Both the position numbers and the translations under genes were made by a program. The notes beneath the pieces are model-generated. The model saw only the letters and a list, made by a program, of their open reading frames with translations. It did no database searches and had not been told where the DNA came from. Shown here piece by piece: positions 18,330-26,470 of a stretch of DNA of 64,000 nucleotides (within the stretch, counting starts at the first letter, position 1; each line of letters starts with the position of its first letter). This stretch comes from an uncultured Clostridia bacterium (GTDB taxonomy: Bacteria > Bacillota > Clostridia > TANB77 > CAG-508): NCBI GenBank assembly GCA_947623945.1, contig CANQHU010000001.1:15705-79704 (forward strand), given 5' to 3'.

Positions 18330-18863
18330 TTACTGCTTCGTTTCCGTGGTAGCGGCAGCCGCTCCTGCTAATTCATTGCGGAGCTGTTCCTCCCTTGCTT
18401 GACTGGCAGCCAGTTCTTCCTTACTGGCGTTTAATTCGTTCGTCGTTCCTTCCAGCATGGACTTCGCATTGCTTAACTCCTGCTCTAACATCGCCGCTTG
18501 GTTTTTTGCCTCAATCAACTGCTGTTCCAATGCTGCCTTCTCTTCCTGCAAGGTCTGCACATCGGTCGGCGCTTCTGCTTCCGTCACTTCTTCGGTTGCC
18601 TCTGTTGTCGGCTGTTCTTTCTTTACATTGTCCGCCACAAATTTTGCATTGACGGCAAACAGGACAAATCCGCCCAATATCACGGCGATAATAATTGCGC
18701 TGACTACCTTCGATTTTTGGTGAATGTACTCTTCCTGTTCCTCTTCTGTCTGCTCAGAAACCGGTTGTTCCGGGGCCGGTTTTTTTGCCTTTGGTTTCTT
18801 TTCCGGTTTCTTTGCCGGTTGTTCGGGCTCCACGCCCATAATTTCATTCGCATCAAATTTCAT
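18330..18863 (-). CDS. Bitopic membrane protein (177 aa): Lys-rich N-terminus, one TM, T/E-rich linker, coiled coil
   Basis: ORF track 18330-18926. Start moved to M22 (MKFDANEIMG), which has SD aaaggaga and avoids overlap with the upstream gene. TM VVSAIIIAVILGGFVLFAV. Confidence 0.6.
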   Translation of the reverse strand: MKFDANEIMGVEPEQPAKKPEKKPKAKKPAPEQPVSEQTEEEQEEYIHQKSKVVSAIIIAVILGGFVLFAVNAKFVADNVKKEQPTTEATEEVTEAEAPTDVQTLQEEKAALEQQLIEAKNQAAMLEQELSNAKSMLEGTTNELNASKEELAASQAREEQLRNELAGAAAATTETKQ

Positions 18864-18882
18864 TCGATGTGGTCTCCTTTCT

Positions 18883-19590
18883 CTAATTTGCCAGTGTGTA
18901 AGGCCGAATATTGGTAATGGCGCCATCTGCGGTTATCTGATATAATACCATAACCTTTCCGTTGCCGCTTCGTCCTTTGACATTCGAGCTGATATAGCAA
19001 AGCGCCGCATAGGAGGTGACGCCGTCAGACTCCTGTAACACATAGGGTGTAAAATCCTTTAATTTCATATTCAAATTACCAAAGGCTTCCTGCGTCACTT
19101 CCGGCATAAATTGAATGAAGACATCACTGGCCGGGTCTGCCCCATAGGTCGAAATTAAGGTATTCCGATTGTTGATGTAAGTTGTATAATCGCTCCAGTT
19201 TAACAAGGCGTTTAACATCGGTTCTGCCGTTTCTTTGGCTATCATTTTGGCGTCTTTCGGCTCTTCCGTAGCCGGCGCCTCGGTATTTTCTGCCACTGTT
19301 GTCCCTTCCGTTGCCGTCTGTCCTTCCTCTGTCGTTTCCATATTGACCGGCTCGACATCATCATAGTTCTTTAACTCTTTGTCTAACTTGGCAATTTCCT
19401 TCTTCTGTTCCGCAATGTGATTCAATACATTCTGTCTGGCAAATAACATATGCACAACCGATACGAGGATGCCAATTACAAAGACGATGAATAATAACCG
19501 GTTTCTCGTTGCCGTCGGCAGATTGATGCGGGACGAGGATGAGTAAAAGGTTAAGTCTTCATCCTGTTCTTCTTTGTTTTCAATAATCAT
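18883..19590 (-). CDS. Bitopic membrane protein (235 aa), T/E-rich linker + globular ectodomain (VirB8/TcpC-like position)
   Basis: ORF track. TM LLFIVFVIGILVSVVHMLF. SD ggaggaaacgaaATG. Confidence 0.55.
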   Translation of the reverse strand: MIIENKEEQDEDLTFYSSSSRINLPTATRNRLLFIVFVIGILVSVVHMLFARQNVLNHIAEQKKEIAKLDKELKNYDDVEPVNMETTEEGQTATEGTTVAENTEAPATEEPKDAKMIAKETAEPMLNALLNWSDYTTYINNRNTLISTYGADPASDVFIQFMPEVTQEAFGNLNMKLKDFTPYVLQESDGVTSYAALCYISSNVKGRSGNGKVMVLYQITADGAITNIRPYTLAN

Positions 19591-19608
19591 TTCGTTTCCT
19601 CCTTATTC

Positions 19609-20406
19609 TCACTGTTGCTGCTGTTCCTGTCTCAATGCCTCTCTGGCTTCATAAATACTGGACATATCCTCAGTGGTTTCCGTATCTTCATCTCCGGTAT
19701 CTACTTGTTTGATTTGTTCTGCCATATCGTTAATGGCTTCCACATTCTTATCCACTTCGTCCCCATTTGGACCACTTGCCGCCACGGATTGCATCCCTGC
19801 CGATGTCATCGCATACACCATATTAGAAAAACACTGATTTGCCGGAACAAAGGTGCCTGTCGCATATCCCAGCAATTGTCCGGAATCCGGGTTCGTACAA
19901 AGCCAAAGGCCGGACATTCCGTCGGCGTAAAAGGCCCAATTCCCGGGAATCGAACCATAATACCATGCCACTCTTGCCGTTTTCGATTCGGAAGAAAACA
20001 AAGCATCTAAGGCGCTTACATTGGCAGCAAACTTTTCCGTGTCATTGACATCCAGCCCAAACTTCTCATTTTGCAGGGCGGCGACCTGATTGCCTTTTTC
20101 TAACGCGCTGGCCTTATCGGCCTCTTCGTCACGGGCTTCCGTGGTCGGCGTTTCCGTTCCTTCCGTTGTTTCTTCGGCTGTCAATACTTCCTCTTCGGTT
20201 AAGGGATTGCTGGTGACGCCGGATTGTGCTTCAATTAACTGTTGATAGTTTTTGGCATTTTCCAAATCCGTTTCCCGTTCAGAGATTGCTACTTCATTGT
20301 GGGTTTCCTTTGCCCGTAATTGATTCAAGGTTGCCATGCATCGCAAAAATACAAATATAAATACAATGCCGCCGGCAATCGCCAAGCGTTTCCATACTTT
20401 TTCCAT
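19609..20406 (-). CDS. Bitopic membrane protein (265 aa), T/E-rich linker + globular ectodomain
   Basis: ORF track 19609-20436 (GTG). ATG M11 (MEKVWKRLAIAGGIVFIFVFL) has SD aaaggaga. Confidence 0.55.
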   Translation of the reverse strand: MEKVWKRLAIAGGIVFIFVFLRCMATLNQLRAKETHNEVAISERETDLENAKNYQQLIEAQSGVTSNPLTEEEVLTAEETTEGTETPTTEARDEEADKASALEKGNQVAALQNEKFGLDVNDTEKFAANVSALDALFSSESKTARVAWYYGSIPGNWAFYADGMSGLWLCTNPDSGQLLGYATGTFVPANQCFSNMVYAMTSAGMQSVAASGPNGDEVDKNVEAINDMAEQIKQVDTGDEDTETTEDMSSIYEAREALRQEQQQQ

Positions 20407-20419
20407 ATTTGTCTCCTTT

Positions 20420-22177
20420 CTACTTTGTGGCCACACCGGCCCCTACATCTTTATATTTATCCGAATTATCGGGTTTAATGCATCGGTATACATCATAGAC
20501 TTCACCGCCAGAAGTCAAATAAATGGTAACATCATTTCCACAGCCCGGAGAACGCCCACCCGGATAGCTGCGTCCTGCAATGGAACCACTCACAGTATCT
20601 GAATCCACATCCGCCGCCGCTCCATGAATGGATTGAATGGTTTCTTTTCCTACAAAAATAACGGTATGTCCGTCTCGGACAAATACATCACCCGGCTGTA
20701 AGTCTTCATATTTTACCGTTTGTGAGGTTCCTAACTTTTGCCATTTGGGGTCATCACCAAGACATAATCCTTTTAAATATTCATGTTGTTTGTTTGTATT
20801 ACCATTTGGATATCCAATGTCTGTACCGCTCCAAACAATCGCACACGCGACACTTCTGTCACATGACCGATAGGTTCTATCACCCGGAAAAACGCCATCA
20901 TGGACGGCCTTATATAATTCGGTACCATCATTATTGATTCCATCTGCTTTCTTTGCATACGCATAAGAAACAGCGGCTCTTGCGGCGCTACTATTATCCA
21001 CACTATTATTTTTTACACCACATTTTTTTGCAGCCTGCGCGCTTCCGGTATTTTCAATGGCCAGTCCAATCGAATCTGCAAGCGCCAAAATCGAATTGAC
21101 ATAGGTTTCATCGACCGACCAAGTGGTAATTTTATCATACCAGTCTTGTGCCTCTGTAAAACGGTTATGTTCTCCATCAAATCCATATTTTGTATTCCCT
21201 TCATATCCGGCTGCAAAATGATAGGCAGCATCTTTTACATTCGTTGTACATTGATGAGTTGTCTCAAAATTTCCTGTTGCACAGGCGGCTACAGAGCAAG
21301 TACCTGATTTCCACTTTGAAAAGAAATTTGGTCGATATTTTGCATCACTTAACATATAAGCCATCTGAAAATCAAAATCATACCAATTTTGTCCAACTCC
21401 GTTTGCAACTTCCTGTAAGGTGATTCCGGCAGGGCCTGTCCATTGCACCAATCCAAGACCGCAACAGTAAACTCCATCTTTTTGATACGCACTTTGGGTG
21501 ATGGATTTATTAGCTCTCGCATATGCCGGAAATACCGTTCCTAATGTGAAGGCACTTAAATCCTGCAATGCGGCTGATTTCTTAGGACCAGACACCGTGT
21601 ATGCTTCTGCATTATCTGAAATTGTTTCAATCGCTGTTGAATCGACATGACTTTCGATTGCTATATTTCCCAGCATTCCGGCAATTTGTTCATCAGTTAA
21701 TCCATAGATTTTAAAGACCGAATAAATTTTTTTCGCATTTTCTTCCATGGCACCTTCTGTCGCTCCCGTTGCCCCCACATCTTTATTCACGCTGGGACAA
21801 TCGGATAACAACAAAGCGACCTCATCATCCGATTCCGTGGAAAACCATGCGGAAGTATCTGCATCTTTATCGCTACAGGAATGCAGCAACAATAACGCCA
21901 ATAAGACGGCCAAAATCACCCAGCCGACCGGGTTGGATACCAAAAACTTTAAGATAGCGAGCAATCCCTTTCCTAAGGCTTTGAATGCCGCTTTTGCTCC
22001 TGCCTTTAAGCCCTGTTTAACCAATCGTTTCAAATGATTGATACCGGTGGCTTCCATCAGAGCATTTTTCAGTCCCCGTTTGGCTTTTTTCTCCGCTTGG
22101 TCTATCATTTGATAGCCGTTATCCTGTTCGGCCATTTTATCCAGTTCATTTTTGTTATAATCATCTAATCGTGCCAT
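20420..22177 (-). CDS. Membrane-anchored bifunctional cell-wall hydrolase: lysozyme-like (phage tail lysozyme type) + NlpC/P60-CHAP-like peptidase; VirB1/TcpG/CwlT analogue
   Basis: TM GWVILAVLLALLLL. The lysozyme block is IAGMLGNIAIESHVD...CCGLGLVQWTGP. The C-terminal Cys...His block is SCDRSVACAIVWSG...LQPGDVFVRDGHTVIFVG. Confidence 0.75.
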   Translation of the reverse strand: MARLDDYNKNELDKMAEQDNGYQMIDQAEKKAKRGLKNALMEATGINHLKRLVKQGLKAGAKAAFKALGKGLLAILKFLVSNPVGWVILAVLLALLLLHSCSDKDADTSAWFSTESDDEVALLLSDCPSVNKDVGATGATEGAMEENAKKIYSVFKIYGLTDEQIAGMLGNIAIESHVDSTAIETISDNAEAYTVSGPKKSAALQDLSAFTLGTVFPAYARANKSITQSAYQKDGVYCCGLGLVQWTGPAGITLQEVANGVGQNWYDFDFQMAYMLSDAKYRPNFFSKWKSGTCSVAACATGNFETTHQCTTNVKDAAYHFAAGYEGNTKYGFDGEHNRFTEAQDWYDKITTWSVDETYVNSILALADSIGLAIENTGSAQAAKKCGVKNNSVDNSSAARAAVSYAYAKKADGINNDGTELYKAVHDGVFPGDRTYRSCDRSVACAIVWSGTDIGYPNGNTNKQHEYLKGLCLGDDPKWQKLGTSQTVKYEDLQPGDVFVRDGHTVIFVGKETIQSIHGAAADVDSDTVSGSIAGRSYPGGRSPGCGNDVTIYLTSGGEVYDVYRCIKPDNSDKYKDVGAGVATK

Positions 22178-22183
22178 AATCCT

Positions 22184-24199
22184 TTATACTCCTACGATAT
22201 ATACCGACTCCCCGTCTATTTCGCTTCGGAATTTATTATACCCCTGCATGGCCAAATTGGCAATATCTTGTGTAAAAGTCGACAGGGGCGTTGTCACTGG
22301 CAGATATAAGCCCCGGTTAAACAACGGTTTTCCGATTTTGTCCGCCAACTGCTTTAAGACGGAATCCACGACGGCAATGTCATAGCATTCCGTAATGGCA
22401 ATCGAGGCATTTAACGGGTCCGCAATCTCCTTATATTTGAAACGGGGTTTGCCTTTCACATAGATGAGCAGCGGGACTTCCGCCGTGGCATAGGTCATAT
22501 AGTGCGCTAACTCCTGTACGACGATGTTCTTGACATTTCTCTTTGCGTCACGGGCGCCGCCTCGTTCGGTATCCGTGCTGGTTCTATCCTTTACAATATA
22601 CGGAATCACATCATCAGAAACAATGATACGCCGCTCATCGGTCTCTGCCACCTCAATGACATCCTTTAAGGTTCGTCTTGCAATTTTCTCCAATGCTTCG
22701 CTGGGGAGCGGGTGGAACGGAACGATAGCATCCAGACGGCCAAGTACCGCGGTCTCAAAGACATCGGAATCCGCTAACGCCTTATACACCAGCTCCGAAT
22801 CGGCTTTGGCGTCCAGACTTTGATGTTTGGCCATGTTCTGATATACTTCCGAGCCTAAGTTCGTTGTCAGATTGATAATCGCACCGCAAAAGGAGGCCAC
22901 CCGGTCCGGGTTTTCCGAATCCGTCAAGCGGGCGTCGTCTAATACCTGCAATAAGATATTCATCGCTGCCCGGGAGGACTTATCAACCTCATCAATCAAG
23001 ATATAGGCATTCGGCGTCGACCAAACGGCCCGGAACAGGGCATCAGCAAATTCGCTTGCCGTCTCCTTATTGGAATATCTTGACATATCAAATCGCTTTA
23101 GTGGAAGACGCATGGTCTCTGAAATAATCTTCGCCAGCTCGGTTTTACCGGTACCGGTGGTTCCAGTGCTGATAAAGGAGCATTTCGGCCGGTCAATGTC
23201 CCCAAAGCCGCAGGCCGCCATTTCAAGGAGATGCACGACCACGGAAATCGCATTATCCTGATGATAAAGTCTGGTCTGTAATGCAGAAATCACATCGGTC
23301 ACATTGACCTCATTATCAATATCAATCCCATGCGTTCGCCGGACGACCCGCTTTAATAACGGACGGCTGATGACCTTTTCCGTGGCCAGTCCCAGCTCCT
23401 TTGGTGAAAAGAACTCCTTGCAGAGCGTGCCGTCTTTCACATACTCCCGTTTGACGGTATCGCCAATAACGGAATTTAACAAATCAATGCTGGCACGAGG
23501 CTGGGCATTGCTTAAAAGAATCCGCTTGGATTCCATATAAATATCCTCTAAGATATTTTCATCTAACAATTCATACACCCCATGCTGTTTGGCCCGGTTT
23601 TCCAAAATATGAATAACCGCCTTTTTCGGCAATTCGGTCAATTTTATCTGTAAGAAACGCTGGTCTAACGCCCGGTTCTTTGCAATGGAATCATTATACT
23701 CCTGAAAGGTGGTCGCCGCTATCAGACGAAATCCGTTGATAGCGCTTTTCTCCAGACGGGGCTTTAAGGACTCCATTAGGCTTGGAGAAATCTCCGCAAT
23801 TTTGTGAAACTCATCAATGAATAAGACAACAATCACATCATGGTCTTTGGAATATTGCCCGGCCTCATCCAACAGTTGATTAAATCCGGTGAGCAGGGCG
23901 TTATCCCGGTCGGTGTCTTTGTCAATCAATCGCTCCGGATTAACCTCTAATACCAGATAATAAGGAATGGAATCCTTATCATAGGCAAAGCCCTGCACAT
24001 AGGCGGTTTTACCGGTACCGGGCTCGGCCAAGAGCACGATGTTTGCCTTTTCCGGATTTCGTAATCCCCTTCTCAATTCTCCGATATCCCGTCCGATGAT
24101 ATCGGCCGGAGGCGGCGGCATAATATTGGCGCCTTTATATAACATAGGATAATTTTTACTTTCGTTCAAAAATGTCGTTGCGTGTTTGGCTGTTCGCAT
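22184..24199 (-). CDS. Clp/Hsp100-type double AAA+ ATPase (671 aa)
   Basis: ORF track 22184-24283. Start moved to M29 (MRTAKHA), which has SD aaaggagagg. D1: IIGRD...VLLAEPGTGKTAYVQGFA, Walker B VLFIDEFH, LIAATTFQEY...ALDQRF. D2: FISTGTTGTGKTELAKII, YILIDEVDK, LQVLDDARLTD. Collinear with ClpA/ClpB/ClpV. Confidence 0.8.
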   Translation of the reverse strand: MRTAKHATTFLNESKNYPMLYKGANIMPPPPADIIGRDIGELRRGLRNPEKANIVLLAEPGTGKTAYVQGFAYDKDSIPYYLVLEVNPERLIDKDTDRDNALLTGFNQLLDEAGQYSKDHDVIVVLFIDEFHKIAEISPSLMESLKPRLEKSAINGFRLIAATTFQEYNDSIAKNRALDQRFLQIKLTELPKKAVIHILENRAKQHGVYELLDENILEDIYMESKRILLSNAQPRASIDLLNSVIGDTVKREYVKDGTLCKEFFSPKELGLATEKVISRPLLKRVVRRTHGIDIDNEVNVTDVISALQTRLYHQDNAISVVVHLLEMAACGFGDIDRPKCSFISTGTTGTGKTELAKIISETMRLPLKRFDMSRYSNKETASEFADALFRAVWSTPNAYILIDEVDKSSRAAMNILLQVLDDARLTDSENPDRVASFCGAIINLTTNLGSEVYQNMAKHQSLDAKADSELVYKALADSDVFETAVLGRLDAIVPFHPLPSEALEKIARRTLKDVIEVAETDERRIIVSDDVIPYIVKDRTSTDTERGGARDAKRNVKNIVVQELAHYMTYATAEVPLLIYVKGKPRFKYKEIADPLNASIAITECYDIAVVDSVLKQLADKIGKPLFNRGLYLPVTTPLSTFTQDIANLAMQGYNKFRSEIDGESVYIVGV

Positions 24200-24223
24200 T
24201 CCGTTCCTCTCCTTTCCGCACTT

Positions 24224-24274
24224 ATTATAACAGGAAATGACTGTCTTGAAAAGACACTCTTTTTTTACTATAAT
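24224..24274. promoter_or_regulatory. Back-to-back promoters with overlapping -35 elements (AAA+ operon leftward, zinc-ribbon genes rightward)
   Basis: Plus strand: TTGAAA 24246-24251, 17 nt, TATAAT 24269-24274. Minus strand: TTTTCA (24247-24252), 17 nt, TGtTATAAT (24224-24232). Confidence 0.45.
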
Positions 24275-24300
24275 GAAACACAAGAGAGGAGGAAAATCCG

Positions 24301-24624
24301 ATGATGCAAATTACACGAATTGTCTTAACCGTGATACCGGTGACCTTGAGCATTCTTGTCTTTGCCGGGGCCATTGCCGTCATCATCCATGTGATGCGGG
24401 CTATGTATCAGGACGAAAAAGAGGCCAAGCGGAGCCGAAATGCCAAGCAGGAAGAACCCGAATTTATCTTAGAACCGCAAAAGTCCAAAAAGAAACAAAA
24501 AATCCTTTGTCCGTCGTGCGGCAAATTAAACAAAGGTGGCGACACCTGCCGGTATTGCGGCTGTTTCTTGCCAAGGGAAAACCGCCCGGAGACGGCCAAG
24601 CCCAATGTAGAACGGGAGGACTGA
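24301..24624 (+). CDS. Small membrane protein with C-terminal zinc ribbon (107 aa)
   Basis: TM VLTVIPVTLSILVFAGAIAVIIHV. Zinc ribbon CPSCGKLNKGGDTCRYCGC. Confidence 0.6.
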   Translation: MMQITRIVLTVIPVTLSILVFAGAIAVIIHVMRAMYQDEKEAKRSRNAKQEEPEFILEPQKSKKKQKILCPSCGKLNKGGDTCRYCGCFLPRENRPETAKPNVERED

Positions 24625-24625
24625 T

Positions 24626-24943
24626 ATGATGTCTCTTATCTTTACTTTATTGGTTTATCTTCTCATGTTGATTGCCATGCTGTCTCCCTATTTGATAGTC
24701 ATTGCCATTCTATATCTCCGTCATAAACGGAACAAAGAAGCTGCCATTTACGCCAAGCTCGCCAGACAGCGGGAAATCGAACGAAATGAGCAGGAACAAG
24801 AGGAACTGGAGCTTAAGAAACAGAAATTTAAGCGTAAACGCTGTTCCTATTGCGGACGGCTTAACCTCATGGATGCTCCCGTCTGTTTTTCCTGCGGCGG
24901 CGTATTTGAGGAGACAAAAGAAGAAGACGCCACGACATCGTGA
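24626..24943 (+). CDS. Small membrane protein with C-terminal zinc ribbon (105 aa), paralog of 24301-24624
   Basis: TM LLVYLLMLIAMLSPYLIVIAILYL. Zinc ribbon CSYCGRLNLMDAPVCFSCGG. Confidence 0.6.
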   Translation: MMSLIFTLLVYLLMLIAMLSPYLIVIAILYLRHKRNKEAAIYAKLARQREIERNEQEQEELELKKQKFKRKRCSYCGRLNLMDAPVCFSCGGVFEETKEEDATTS

Positions 24944-24956
24944 GCGTCTTCTTTAC
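24923..24956 (+). terminator. Hairpin GAAGACGC-N13-GCGTCTTC spanning the stop codon of 24626-24943
   Basis: An 8-bp stem followed by TTT. Confidence 0.4.
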
Positions 24957-25015
24957 TGGGAAATCATCCACCGATTCTCATCCTCTGCACCTCACTTTCC
25001 TTCATCAAGGGAAAG

Positions 25016-25111
25016 AAAAAGACCGAAAGTATCCGGCCTTTTCCCCAAAGGATTAAAATATGAAACTATTAATGACAAAACTATCGTATCATAACCCATT
25101 CTATCTGTCAA
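25016..25111 (-). ncRNA. Promoter - ~60-nt transcript - terminator unit (m4)
   Basis: Minus strand: TTGACA (25106-25111), 17 nt, TGaTACGAT (25083-25091). Terminator AAAAGGCCG-loop-CGGUCUUUUU (25016-25042). No start codon in the transcript. Confidence 0.4.
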
Positions 25112-25225
25112 GACAAAGAACAAGACCGGACGTCTCCGGTCTTGTTCTCTTTCAAAGTTTAAAAGGAGGCAGTTACGCCTAAGTCACTACACTTTTAGAT
25201 TACCATAAATAGTTTTTGCTGTCAA
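25112..25225 (-). ncRNA. Promoter - ~78-nt transcript - terminator unit (m3) containing UGCCUCCU
   Basis: Minus strand: TTGACA (25220-25225), 17 nt, TGgTAATCT (25197-25205). Perfect 12-bp terminator stem 25119-25146. The anti-SD-like UGCCUCCU is the complement of 25164-25171. Confidence 0.4.
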
Positions 25226-25232
25226 GACAAAG

Positions 25233-25338
25233 AAAAAGACCGAAAGTTTCCGGCCTTTTCCAAAGAATGGTTTCACTAAATGAGCGAGTTAGTGAATATC
25301 AACATCATCAGTTTATCATGAGCGTATTTCCTTGTCAA
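25233..25338 (-). ncRNA. Promoter - ~70-nt transcript - terminator unit (m2)
   Basis: Minus strand: TTGACA (25333-25338), 17 nt, TGaTAAACT (25310-25318). Internal 8-bp hairpin TTCACTAA/TTAGTGAA. Terminator 25233-25259. Confidence 0.4.
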
Positions 25339-25345
25339 GATAAAG

Positions 25346-25495
25346 AAAAAGACCGGAGACAACCCGGTCTTTTCCGGTGTGGGAAACACTTGGTTTCCTA
25401 ACACTAGGAGGCAGCGATTCCTTGCGAAATCGCCCGTAATGAAAAGAAATTATCTTACGCATTCTTATCATAGCATACTGTTCATGAAAAAACAA
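25346..25495 (-). ncRNA. Promoter - ~115-nt transcript - terminator unit (m1) containing UGCCUCCU
   Basis: Minus strand: TTGTTT (25490-25495), 17 nt, TGcTATGAT (25467-25475). Hairpins GCGATT/AATCGC and GGAAAC/GTTTCC. UGCCUCCU is the complement of 25406-25413. Terminator GACCGG/CCGGTC 25351-25369 plus a U5 run. Confidence 0.35.
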
Positions 25496-25509
25496 GAGAC
25501 TCTTCTGTC

Positions 25510-25550
25510 AAAAAAAACCGGCTTGCGTTACCAAATGCAACGCAAGCCGG
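25510..25550 (-). terminator. Intrinsic terminator of the 71-aa gene
   Basis: CCGGCTTGCGTT-9 nt-AACGCAAGCCGG (25518-25550) followed on the minus strand by U8 (25510-25517). Preceded by UGCCUCCU (complement of 25561-25568). Confidence 0.6.
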
Positions 25551-25654
25551 AAAAAACTTAAGGAGGCACACCAAAATGATTGCCATATTCAGTATATCAA
25601 ATTTTCTTCCCAAATGCAAGAGAAAATCCCATATCCGAAGATATGGGATTTTTA

Positions 25655-25870
25655 CTATACAGCTTCGTCAAGTTCTGACTCTGTTGGAGCTTCCTCGATG
25701 GACTGCCCGTTTAAGTATGCTTCCAATTCCGCTTTGCCTTCCGGATTGTCCTTTACATATAGAGCAATCATTTGGAACAGTAACGGCTTCATTGCATCAA
25801 ACTTTGCCTTTTCTGCCGCATATTCCGCCGGTTTGGCATTGGGAATGGATGTTTTCACTGCAAATTTCAT
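25655..25870 (-). CDS. Small acidic protein (71 aa)
   Basis: ORF track. SD aaaggaggg 5 nt before the ATG. The antisense 107-aa ORF 25576-25899 is judged spurious. Confidence 0.6.
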   Translation of the reverse strand: MKFAVKTSIPNAKPAEYAAEKAKFDAMKPLLFQMIALYVKDNPEGKAELEAYLNGQSIEEAPTESELDEAV

Positions 25871-25899
25871 ATGTGCCCTCCTTTTCTAGCTGCATTTAA

Positions 25900-26373
25900 T
25901 TAGAAGAATTTAAACGGGGATATTCCCATTGCAGCAATTCCCAGCGTACCCAAGATAAAATCACTCAATTTGTCAATTCCCTTTTCAAATGGTCCAATTC
26001 CATTGGTTGCCACAAGGCCCACGCAGCCAATCAAAATACAGGTAATCCAACCGGGCATTCGGGTCTGCGGGTTAAATTTGTGCATAGCAAAGGAAATAAT
26101 ACCGGCAACAATTGAGATTGCGAAAATACACCAGCCTACACCGGCCAGACCGCCGCCGCCTAAGCCTTTCTCAAAAAAAGTTTGCATCTTAGTGCCAAAT
26201 TCATTCCAACCGGCAGTACCATCTCCACTGCCGCCCGACATTACTAACAAATTGGTCGTCTGGCTCATTACGGCTGTTATTACCGCAAAGAGAAGCAAGG
26301 ATACCACCTGTCCACGCTTTTTACTGGTTACACTTGTTGTTCCCTTGTACTGGGCGCCTAATTTTGTTTTCAT
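25900..26373 (-). CDS. Small polytopic membrane protein (157 aa), Gly-rich; pilin/VirB2-like or channel subunit position
   Basis: ORF track. SD aaaggagttttaaaATG. Has 3-4 hydrophobic segments (VVSLLLFAVITAV, GVGWCIFAISIVAGIISFAM, WITCILIGCVGLVA). Confidence 0.55.
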   Translation of the reverse strand: MKTKLGAQYKGTTSVTSKKRGQVVSLLLFAVITAVMSQTTNLLVMSGGSGDGTAGWNEFGTKMQTFFEKGLGGGGLAGVGWCIFAISIVAGIISFAMHKFNPQTRMPGWITCILIGCVGLVATNGIGPFEKGIDKLSDFILGTLGIAAMGISPFKFF

Positions 26374-26432
26374 TTTAAAACTCCTTTCGTATGAAATGTT
26401 TTGTATGAAATTTCGTTCTGATTGACAAGTCT

Positions 26433-26461
26433 ATCGTATCATAGTTTTCATTGGTTTGCAA
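26433..26461 (-). promoter_or_regulatory. Promoter upstream of the 157-aa gene
   Basis: Minus strand: TTGCAA (26456-26461), 17 nt, TGaTACGAT (26433-26441). Confidence 0.45.
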
Positions 26462-26470
26462 GAGGATTGT

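Noticed and set aside
25576-25899. 107-aa plus-strand ORF with a good-looking SD (aaggaggcacaccaaaATG)
   Set aside because: It is fully antisense to the better-supported 71-aa gene (SD aaaggaggg, balanced composition). Its translation is Leu/Pro/Ser-rich with no features. The aggaggca sequence is better explained as the complement of the recurring UGCCUCCU motif in minus-strand transcripts.
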